In this document: one piece after another, positions 24,762 through 32,000 of the stretch
Numbering within the stretch: the first letter of the stretch is position 1
Layout of the letters: every line of letters begins with the position of its first letter
Origin: Candidatus Poseidoniaceae archaeon
GTDB taxonomy: Archaea > Thermoplasmatota > Poseidoniia > Poseidoniales > Poseidoniaceae
Assembly: GCA_943789275.1 (NCBI GenBank)
Contig: CALSTM010000002.1
Coordinates: 330,001-362,000, forward strand
Direction of reading: 5' to 3'
Length of the DNA: 32,000 nucleotides
Notes under the pieces: generated by a model
Databases searched by the model: none
Told to the model about the DNA's origin: nothing
The model's input: the letters and a program-made list of their open reading frames with translations, nothing else
Made by a program: the position numbers and the translations under genes

Positions 24762-26060
24762 ATGGCAGTTGAGAACAGTCGTTTGAGTGGTTTTTTCAGA
24801 CACAGCGTCGCTGAACGTCGAGCCATCGTTGCCGAGATGGCGAACCTGACACAGGAGCAAGTCGATGCACTGGAAGCCTGTGGCGCCCTCAGCGAAGATT
24901 CAGCAGACCGCATGATTGAGAACGTCATTGGCACCATGTCGCTTCCTGTTGGCATTGCGACAAATTTTGTCATCGATGGAAAGCATTACCTCATCCCCTT
25001 CTGCCTCGAAGAATCAAGCGTTGTCGCTGCGGCATCGAACATGGCGAAACGTTGTTTGAAAAACGGAGGATTCAGCACCAATTCCGATGCTCCAATGATG
25101 ATTGCTCAACTCCAAGTCTTGGATTGTCAAGACTGGAAGAAAGCCGAGCAAGATATCCTGGAAGCAGCAGACGAACTCATGGCATTGTGCAACAGCCTTC
25201 CATCCACGATGATTCGACTTGGAGGCGGTTGCAAGCGCATTGAAACACGACTCTTAGACACCATCAGTGGACCGATGCTGATTGCACACATCATTGTGGA
25301 TTGCAGAGACGCTATGGGCGCTAATGCCGTGAATACCATGGCTGAATTGATCGCCCCTCGTATCGAGCAAATCACTGGTGGCCGAGTCCATCTGCGCATT
25401 CTTTCAAACCTCGCAGCCCACCGATTAGCACGAGTTCAAGCGGTCTTCACCCCGGAAGAGATATCTGAAGATGGAACGCACGAGAACGGAGTATCGGTAA
25501 TCGAAGGCATCCTTGAGGCCCAACACTTCGCAATGGCTGACCCGTTCCGAGCTGCAACCCACAACAAAGGCGTGATGAATGCAATCAGCAGCGTTGGCGT
25601 GGCTTGCGGCCAAGACTGGCGAGCGATTGAGGCTGGCTGCCATGCTTGGGCAGCATACAGCAATGGAACATACGGTTCAATGACCTCATGGGAGAAAGAC
25701 AGTAATGGGAACTTGGTTGGTACCATTGAAACACCGATGGCTGTGGGCATCGTTGGAGGCGCCTCTAAGGTGCATCCGGTAGCACAAGCCAACCTTGCCA
25801 TACTTGGAGTCGAATCAGCTCAAGAATTGGCTGGAATCATTGCTGCTGCGGGTTTATCACAAAACCTTGGAGCATTGAGGGCACTGTCAACCAAAGGCAT
25901 TCAAGCAGGCCACATGAAATTGCATGCACGGAATATGGCCGTTTCTGCCGGTGCAGTGGGCGATGAAATCGAAATTGTTGCCGCACGACTTCAAGAAGCA
26001 ACAGGACCCAAGACGCAAACGCTTGTCGGCGAATTGCTTGAAGCACTGCGAAACGAATGA
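24762..26060 (+). CDS. hmgA: Class II HMG-CoA reductase
   Basis: ENVIGTMSLPVGIA, LEESSVVAAASN, VDCRDAMGANAVNTM, RAATHNKGVMNAI, PMAVGIVGGASKVHP and GIQAGHMKLHARN track class II enzymes (MvaA / P. mevalonii type). The start is ATG 24762 (MAVENSRLSGFF) or GTG 24738. Confidence 0.9.
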   Translation: MAVENSRLSGFFRHSVAERRAIVAEMANLTQEQVDALEACGALSEDSADRMIENVIGTMSLPVGIATNFVIDGKHYLIPFCLEESSVVAAASNMAKRCLKNGGFSTNSDAPMMIAQLQVLDCQDWKKAEQDILEAADELMALCNSLPSTMIRLGGGCKRIETRLLDTISGPMLIAHIIVDCRDAMGANAVNTMAELIAPRIEQITGGRVHLRILSNLAAHRLARVQAVFTPEEISEDGTHENGVSVIEGILEAQHFAMADPFRAATHNKGVMNAISSVGVACGQDWRAIEAGCHAWAAYSNGTYGSMTSWEKDSNGNLVGTIETPMAVGIVGGASKVHPVAQANLAILGVESAQELAGIIAAAGLSQNLGALRALSTKGIQAGHMKLHARNMAVSAGAVGDEIEIVAARLQEATGPKTQTLVGELLEALRNE

Positions 26061-26061
26061 T

Positions 26062-26685
26062 TCACTCTTCTTCTCCAAGCGGAAGAGTTGATTGAATGAG
26101 ACCGCCAATCTCAGACTCTTCCTTTAGCACCGCAGCATCTTCCATTCCATCAAACATGCCGGTTGTCTTCACTTGCTCTCTGAACCATTGTTTGACTTTC
26201 TTACGGTCGGTGTAGGGGCAACCAAATGTTTCCGAGAAACGACGGGTCGTTGAAAGTCGGCGAGTATTACCATCTTTACGACGGTCAACCATGCCCAATT
26301 GAGCAAGTTCACGAACATAGTCGTAGGCTTTCTGGCCCAGTAATTCCACCAGTCGAGATTGGGGCATTGGCTGATGGTAAGCGATGAGTGCTGCGGCTTT
26401 CAACAACTTTTGTGGAATTTCAGTTTTGGTTTCTTTGGGTAGGTGACTCGCAATATCGGGTTTCACTTCAATGGCCCATCGGTCCCCAACCTCTGCTACC
26501 TGCAAGGCACCTCCACGGCGTCGCTTTAACGTAGAACGCAAGGAATAGAGCGAATCAAGCATCTCATCTTCATCGTAACCGAGGGCCGTCGATAATTCAG
26601 GTACACTCATCGAGCGGCCTGCGCCAAAGAGGGTGGCTTCGAGCAAAGTATCGATCGGCACTTCTGTCATTTCCTTCACCTTCAT
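26062..26685 (-). CDS. scpB: Segregation and condensation protein B
   Basis: LLEATLFGAGRSMSVPELSTALG, LKAAALIAYHQPMPQSRLVELLG and GMVDRRKDGNTRRLSTTRRFSETFG form the tandem-wH ScpB pattern. The start overlaps the scpA stop (ATGA at 26682-26685). Confidence 0.85.
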   Translation of the reverse strand: MKVKEMTEVPIDTLLEATLFGAGRSMSVPELSTALGYDEDEMLDSLYSLRSTLKRRRGGALQVAEVGDRWAIEVKPDIASHLPKETKTEIPQKLLKAAALIAYHQPMPQSRLVELLGQKAYDYVRELAQLGMVDRRKDGNTRRLSTTRRFSETFGCPYTDRKKVKQWFREQVKTTGMFDGMEDAAVLKEESEIGGLIQSTLPLGEEE

Positions 26686-27896
26686 TCAACCAACCATTCA
26701 TGGTCATCGTACGACTGTTCTTCAACTCCAGTCGGTTCATTTATCTCAACGGCTGTTTGTTCTTTTTGCTGCTTAGCCAGTGCTCGTTCTTGCCTACGAA
26801 CGGATTCTTCTTCAGCCAAACGTGCTTTTTCTGCCCGTAACTTGGCATGGCGAACTGAACCGGTGTCTTGCTCCTGAATACGTTGGTTTTCAGCGTTTTG
26901 TTGGTCTTCAATCAATTGACTGATTTCCTCAAAAGTCTCGATTTGAGGCCATGCATCTTCCAAGTAGATGACGCCATCAGGAACGCTGTCCTGGGTAATC
27001 GAAGCAAAACCGCGATGCGTGAGGAAAAGACCTGCGATAAATGAAGCAACTTTGGCCTCATCATCGTAGCCTTCTGGAACAGAACCGAACGTTTGTTCTA
27101 AAATCGGCTTCAGCGATTCCATCACCACAAGTACCGGGACCTTGGTCGAATCAGATGCTACGCAAGACGTCCTCAGTGCTTGCCAGCAGCGTTTGATATC
27201 ACCCTCGAGGTCTTCGTTGTGCATACGTCCTCCAACATCTGAGAGGTATTCTTTCAATTCTGCTTCATGGGCAAGTCTGTTTTCCTCTCGCAAACGAAGT
27301 GATTCTGCATCGTCTGAGGCATCTTTGAACGCTGAAAGTAATTCGACAAGAGTAACTGGTCGGCCTTCATCACGTCGAACCCGGTTTTCCAATAAATCAG
27401 GAAGGAATTCATCCGCAGTGCCTTGAAGGACTGAATTGGTGAAGAAGAAATCCTCGTCGTTGTAATCCGCTTCCCATCCAAAGCCCAGCCCGTCATCCCA
27501 GTCGTCTTCAGTATCGTTGTATTGGACTCGCTCAAACAAATCTTCAGCTTGATGATGAAGAACTTCCCAAGACATGCGTATCAGGCGCCCACAAGCTGGA
27601 AGGTCAAGCGTTGCGGCGTCTGACTTGACACGGGTTGTGAACACTTTGAGGAAACTCGACAAGTCAATGTTCCAAGCATCGAGCCCTTCATCCCGAACCA
27701 GGGAAAGTACGAGAGCGACGGAGCGGTCAAACGGATCAACAAGCGTTTGGTGCTCTGCCTCTTCACGCTCAGCAATCGCCATAATTTTGTCTCCGAAAAG
27801 AGCTGCTTCTTGTGATTCCTCACCTGATGCGAGCAATTGGTCAATAACATCCTGACGCAGGAACCATTTGTCCAATCCAGATTGTTGCTCACTCAT
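26682..27896 (-). CDS. scpA: Segregation and condensation protein A (kleisin), extended form
   Basis: N-terminal LVLSLVRDEGLDAWNIDLSSFLKVF and C-terminal WHD-like VASFIAGLFLTHRGFASITQD. A GAGGTGA SD spans the smc stop. Confidence 0.8.
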   Translation of the reverse strand: MSEQQSGLDKWFLRQDVIDQLLASGEESQEAALFGDKIMAIAEREEAEHQTLVDPFDRSVALVLSLVRDEGLDAWNIDLSSFLKVFTTRVKSDAATLDLPACGRLIRMSWEVLHHQAEDLFERVQYNDTEDDWDDGLGFGWEADYNDEDFFFTNSVLQGTADEFLPDLLENRVRRDEGRPVTLVELLSAFKDASDDAESLRLREENRLAHEAELKEYLSDVGGRMHNEDLEGDIKRCWQALRTSCVASDSTKVPVLVVMESLKPILEQTFGSVPEGYDDEAKVASFIAGLFLTHRGFASITQDSVPDGVIYLEDAWPQIETFEEISQLIEDQQNAENQRIQEQDTGSVRHAKLRAEKARLAEEESVRRQERALAKQQKEQTAVEINEPTGVEEQSYDDHEWLVE

Positions 27897-27905
27897 TCGC
27901 TCACC

Positions 27906-30900
27906 TCAAACTGTTTCTTCTTCAATGTCAGCCGGTTCGACAGTTTCCTGATGTTCTGCTGCTTCAGCAGCTTTTACTGCATGAGCGACTTCTGCATATT
28001 CTTCGATATCTTCGGTCATCTCCACAGTCCGTTCTGTGAGTGCTTCAAGTCCGGAGGTAGCAACTGCCTCAGGTTGGACATCGGGCATGTGGTTGAGCAG
28101 TCCACCAAGGCTCGTGGGTGTTGCTAAAGGCTCAGGAACAATTGGCATTTCATGAGATGCAGAAGATGCTTCTTCAATACGCGAATGGTTTTTGTCGTTG
28201 TCTTTTTCTGCCTCAGCAAGGGCTTTTTCACCAAGAGCAATCGCCTTTTCACGGTCAAAGTCAACGATGCGACGGCTGCAACCATCTCCGCCGTGCGTGA
28301 TGCCAATATGGTGGTCTGCAAGCCGGAGCGAAACTTTACGCAATGTGACCATAATGAATTGTGCCCGTTTACTGCGTTCTCGACACATCAACGCAATACG
28401 CTCTGCGTTGTATCCATCGAGGTTCTGATCCACCTCGTCGAAGTAATAGAACGGACTTGGGTCGTAATCTTGAATAGCAAAAATAAGCGCCAATGCTGCC
28501 ATGGATTGCTCTCCGCCGGACAACTGATGTCGCGTGACCTTGGCTGACTTTCCACGAGGCTGAGCCCACAATTCGAGCCCACCTTTGAACGGTTCATCCT
28601 CGTTTTCGAGGAATAATTCTCCACGTCCTCCGTCGCTCAAGGATTTGTAAGCGACCTTGAAGTTCTCGTTGACCTTTTCCAAAACCTTGACCAGACGTTC
28701 CTTGCGTTGTTCTTCGAGTTTTCCAGTGACGTCAATGAGGTGCTTGCGGCGATGTTGCAAGACCTTGAAGTCGCCTTTCATTTCAGCCAATCTTGCCTCG
28801 CAAGCATCGAACTGCTCAATTGCGAGCATGTTCACAGGTCCATGGGAATCGAGTCGGCGTTGAAGCGTGCGTTCATTTCGTTCTGCATCACCTACGCTTG
28901 GCAAAGATACGCCTTCTTCAGCAGGCTCGATGTTGTTCTGGGACATTTCGAGTTGAGTTTCTCGAATCGACTCGTCTTTGAGGTTGAGTGCCCGCCCCAT
29001 TTCCTCAACCATTCCACGCCGGGAGCGTGCGTCAAGGGCCTTTTGTTGGAGTTTGACTTGAAGACTGGTACGCTCTTCGATGAGTTCCAACCGTTCGTCT
29101 TCAAGCCCTTGATTTTCTTCAAGATACTGCGAGCGCTCCTCTTCTTTCGCCCTAAGTTCTATAGAGTTAGATGCGACGCCTGCTTGCAGGGTATCGATTC
29201 GTTCACTGCGAGTTATTGCATTCTCGTTGAGTGAGTGAATTCGCTTGTTGATTTCATCAACTCGATTTTCCAATAATGATTGGTGGTTCGCATCGCCATT
29301 CAGTGAGATTTGGGCTTGAGCCTTCGTGCTTTCCGCCTCAATGCGCTTTACCTTTGCTGCATGCAAACGGTCTTTGAGATGAACTGGGCTTGCTTCTTCC
29401 AGTTGGTTTTGAGCCTCCGTACGAACTTCGTCCATCGAAGCAAGATGTTGTTGTGCAGCATCGAGTTCACGCAGTTTACCTGAGCCTTCAAGGCGCAGTT
29501 CCCCAAGTCGCTTCTCAAGAGTTGCCACATTGCCCAAGGCAGAAACGTGATTGGCTTTCACTTGCTTATGTTCTGCTCGCCATTCTTGGAAGCGAACAGC
29601 ATGCTCGCCATCGGTAAGAGCATTGATTTTGCTTCGAAGTTCCGATTGTGTACGACGAGCGTCAGCAAGTGCGGCGTTCACGGTGTCTGCCATGAGACGA
29701 AACCGTTCCACGTCAGAGGAAAGCGCCTCAACTTCACTGGCGCCCTGAATGTTTCCGCCGAAAGCCACCATCGACCTTCTCTTCGAACCGCCAACCATTG
29801 CACCGCCGGCTTCGGTCACATCGCCACGAAGAGTGACTAAGCGGACACCACCCATGTTGGCACGGGCAGTTGACATGCTATCGACAATCAACGTATTACG
29901 AAGTACGAAGCGTACAGCAACATCGATTCGTGGGTCATAGTCCAACAACTCGCTGGCAAATCCTACGACGCCAGGCTTGCGGGAAACCATCAGCGCCTTA
30001 CCCGCAGCACGTGATTGGGTGAGTTTGTTTAACGGCAAGAAGGTGGCACGGCCTGCCTTGTTTTGTGACAACCATTGGATGGCACGTGCTGCATCTTCAT
30101 CGCTGTCAACAACCACGGACGTCATTCCACCACCGACGGCCGTAGCAAGGGCGTCGGTATGTGTGGGGTCTCTTGGTTGACACAGTTCCGCTACCGTACC
30201 GATCACGCCGCGTAATTCTCCACGGTCTCGTGCGGCAATAATAGCAGCAGCACCACCAGCCATTCCTTTGGCTCCACTCTTGTTTTCCAATTCGTTCCTG
30301 GCAGTATTGAGTCGGCGTTCTGTATCTCGGAGTCGATTTTCAATAGATTGTGATTCTTCAACCAGTTTCGCTTCAGAACGTTGGGCTGTAAACAATTCTT
30401 CTGCGAGTTGTTTTCGATTCTGGTCTGGCGCGTCAGCACCGAGTTCTTCACCCGTAAGTTGTGATTCACCTAAAGCAAGACGAGCAGTCTCTGCGGCTTC
30501 TTGAGCGGTTGAGATTTGTTCGTCCAACATCTCTGCTTGCGTTGCGACTCGGTTTACTTCCTCTTGAGCGGTGTTGAGGGCAGCAGAAGCTGTTTCAGTG
30601 CCTTCAATCGCCTTCGAGAGAGCACGGGACAGTTCAGCGTTTGCCGTACCGGATGATTCAAGCAACCCTTGCACCTCAGATTCTTCTTTCTTAGCTTCTA
30701 CAAGTGCTTTCTCAGATTCTTCCAAATCGATTCGCGCATTCGCCAGCCCAAGCTTAAATTCATCCAGTGAATCAATTGCTTTTTGCAGTGATTCTGCTAA
30801 TTCAACCAATTCTGCTTTGTCCTCGATGTCTTTTTCTTCAGCCTCATCGATTCGGTCTCCGCTGGTAGCAATCCGAATCTGAAGTTGGTTGATAGCGGCA

Positions 30901-31811
30901 AGCAAACCGTTCGAATCTCCTCCCATGAGGTCCTCAATTTGCTTCTGCAATACCCCTATTTGGTCTTCCAGCCCGAGTAAAACTTGGGCACCTTGCTTCA
31001 CGTCCGCCTCCATCTGCGCGGCTTCGGACTCAATTCGAGAACGCTCCTCAACCATGTAGGTACGCTCAGAAATCTGACTGGCCAACTTGGATTGGGCAGA
31101 TACGATGCGGGCTGTTTGAAGTTCCTTGACTAGGTCTTGGACCTTGAGTGCGAGGTTCTTCTCCTTGGTCAAATCTCGGAGTCGGACTTTTTGTTCCTCC
31201 TCAAGCAGCCCAATCCGTTCGATATAGCCCTCGACCATTTCCTTTTGTCGCTCTGCCTTTCGTATCTCATCGTCGTATGAAGTGACACCAGCGACGCCAT
31301 CCAGGACCTTACGGCGCTCTTTTGCAGTCATCTTAGCGAGTTTAGTAACGTCGCCTTGCAAGACAATATTGTAGCCGTCCGGACGTGCGTTTGCAGCACC
31401 TAGCAATCTATGGAATGTCTTTTGGCTGCTTTCCTCTCCATCAAGTAAGTAGTTTGTTACAATGTTGTTCGCCTTGGTCAGGCGCACGGCACGGGTCATT
31501 CGAACCTCGTCTTGTTCAAGAGGGAGTCTGCGGCGTCCATTGGTGAGCATTGGGTTCGCAAATACGAGTGTGACTTCGCACGAACGAGCAGGTTTGGAGT
31601 TCTTACCGCCGTTGAAAATAAGATCCTTTGCATTTTGAGCTCGAATCACCTTATTGCTCCTCGGACCAAGAACGAATTGAATGGCATCGCCACAATTCGA
31701 TTTACCTGAACCGTTCGGCCCGGTGATTGCTGTAAATCCTCGATCAAGTGGGACGGTAATTTCACCTTTGAACGATTTGAAGTTTGAAATTTCCAGTGCT
31801 TGAAGATACAT
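27906..31811 (-). CDS. smc: Chromosome segregation ATPase SMC
   Basis: MYLQALEISNFKSFKGEITVPLDRGFTAITGPNGSGKSN (Walker A), long coiled coils, a hinge (GVIGTVAELC...ATAVGGGMTSVVVDSDEDA), the signature LSGGEQSMAALALIFA and Walker B FYYFDEVDQNLD. I prefer the ATG at 31811, which has a GGAGGGATAGGG SD, over the track start at 31907. Confidence 0.95.
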   Translation of the reverse strand: MYLQALEISNFKSFKGEITVPLDRGFTAITGPNGSGKSNCGDAIQFVLGPRSNKVIRAQNAKDLIFNGGKNSKPARSCEVTLVFANPMLTNGRRRLPLEQDEVRMTRAVRLTKANNIVTNYLLDGEESSQKTFHRLLGAANARPDGYNIVLQGDVTKLAKMTAKERRKVLDGVAGVTSYDDEIRKAERQKEMVEGYIERIGLLEEEQKVRLRDLTKEKNLALKVQDLVKELQTARIVSAQSKLASQISERTYMVEERSRIESEAAQMEADVKQGAQVLLGLEDQIGVLQKQIEDLMGGDSNGLLAAINQLQIRIATSGDRIDEAEEKDIEDKAELVELAESLQKAIDSLDEFKLGLANARIDLEESEKALVEAKKEESEVQGLLESSGTANAELSRALSKAIEGTETASAALNTAQEEVNRVATQAEMLDEQISTAQEAAETARLALGESQLTGEELGADAPDQNRKQLAEELFTAQRSEAKLVEESQSIENRLRDTERRLNTARNELENKSGAKGMAGGAAAIIAARDRGELRGVIGTVAELCQPRDPTHTDALATAVGGGMTSVVVDSDEDAARAIQWLSQNKAGRATFLPLNKLTQSRAAGKALMVSRKPGVVGFASELLDYDPRIDVAVRFVLRNTLIVDSMSTARANMGGVRLVTLRGDVTEAGGAMVGGSKRRSMVAFGGNIQGASEVEALSSDVERFRLMADTVNAALADARRTQSELRSKINALTDGEHAVRFQEWRAEHKQVKANHVSALGNVATLEKRLGELRLEGSGKLRELDAAQQHLASMDEVRTEAQNQLEEASPVHLKDRLHAAKVKRIEAESTKAQAQISLNGDANHQSLLENRVDEINKRIHSLNENAITRSERIDTLQAGVASNSIELRAKEEERSQYLEENQGLEDERLELIEERTSLQVKLQQKALDARSRRGMVEEMGRALNLKDESIRETQLEMSQNNIEPAEEGVSLPSVGDAERNERTLQRRLDSHGPVNMLAIEQFDACEARLAEMKGDFKVLQHRRKHLIDVTGKLEEQRKERLVKVLEKVNENFKVAYKSLSDGGRGELFLENEDEPFKGGLELWAQPRGKSAKVTRHQLSGGEQSMAALALIFAIQDYDPSPFYYFDEVDQNLDGYNAERIALMCRERSKRAQFIMVTLRKVSLRLADHHIGITHGGDGCSRRIVDFDREKAIALGEKALAEAEKDNDKNHSRIEEASSASHEMPIVPEPLATPTSLGGLLNHMPDVQPEAVATSGLEALTERTVEMTEDIEEYAEVAHAVKAAEAAEHQETVEPADIEEETV

Positions 31812-31957
31812 CCCTATCCCTCCAATCGAAGTATGTTCCCTCGACCTTATCCGCGACACCCATTCCCCACAGGTCTTAAACAATCCGAGTGATGAAGGGT
31901 CAGTCACGCGCTTTTGACCACGGTTGTTGAACAGCCGAAGAGGTCGTTTGGAGCATC

Positions 31958-31982
31958 AAAAAATGTGATAAAAAGAATCACA
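31958..31982 (-). terminator. Hairpin plus oligo-T (TGTGAT-N7-ATCACA-TTTTTT on the minus strand); a possible terminator for a gene beyond the right edge
   Basis: On the minus strand, 6-bp arms (31982-31977 and 31969-31964) are followed directly by T6 (31963-31958). Oligo-T tracts are archaeal termination signals. The stem is short and AT-rich, so the call is weak. Confidence 0.3.
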
Positions 31983-32000
31983 GTGTTCCGGTTTGGCCGC

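Noticed and set aside
24617-24973. 118-aa minus-strand ORF covering the intergenic region and the hmgA 5' end
   Set aside because: It is antisense to the conserved N-terminus of HMG-CoA reductase. Its composition is S/R/L-rich and it has no motifs.
28707-29234. 175-aa plus-strand ORF and several other ORFs antisense to smc
   Set aside because: They are antisense shadows of a long coiled-coil gene with biased codon composition. They contain no motifs.
1-32000. Mobile elements, CRISPR arrays, defence islands and rRNA/tRNA genes
   Set aside because: I saw no transposase, integrase or Cas-like ORFs, no regularly spaced repeats, and no intergenic gap large enough for structured RNA genes other than 24518-24761. 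The PIN and ParB-like genes are in housekeeping-type contexts rather than toxin-antitoxin or defence contexts.

Overview
All family calls below come from reading motifs in the supplied translations; no searches were run. The window looks like a densely packed archaeal chromosomal segment, roughly 95% coding by my count, with 29 protein genes. I found no rRNA, tRNA, CRISPR array, transposase or integrase. Archaeal identity is inferred from aIF2-gamma, ribosomal protein eS6, Orc1/Cdc6, Dph2, an archaeal-type Hpt and an SMC-ScpA-ScpB operon. These are mixed with bacterial-type enzymes: class II HMG-CoA reductase, a class II CCA-adding enzyme, acyl-CoA dehydrogenase and an M61 peptidase. That mosaic, the secreted peptidases and the many acidic protein tails would fit a streamlined marine Thermoplasmatota-like (MGII/Poseidoniales-type) genome, but this is unverified. 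Layout: 1-3293 is a cluster of exported or membrane-anchored peptidases. 3293-7099 holds a Tmk fusion, a DUF2085 membrane protein, a possible Smr-like membrane protein and an HTH_10 regulator. 7148-11041 holds a PIMT-like protein, a HEAT-repeat protein and an M61/PDZ protease. 11029-17716 holds a ParB-like protein, cca, an EF-hand protein, an ACAD, a GcvH-like protein, hpt and dph2. 17769-21256 holds orc1/cdc6, rps6e, eif2g and a PIN-domain gene. 21277-24517 is a minus-strand trio of uncharacterised genes. 24762-31811 holds hmgA followed by scpB, scpA and smc. The best candidate for something undescribed is that translationally coupled trio at 21277-24517. It encodes an ORC-like AAA+ protein with degenerate Walker motifs, a long acidic linker and a C-terminal wHTH, then a cytoplasmic beta-propeller/helical-repeat protein, then a DUF357-like protein. 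It sits beside the only sizeable intergenic region, which carries a dense GTTAA/TTAAC motif array. A second candidate is the pseudo-PIMT, HEAT and M61-PDZ cluster at 7148-11041.
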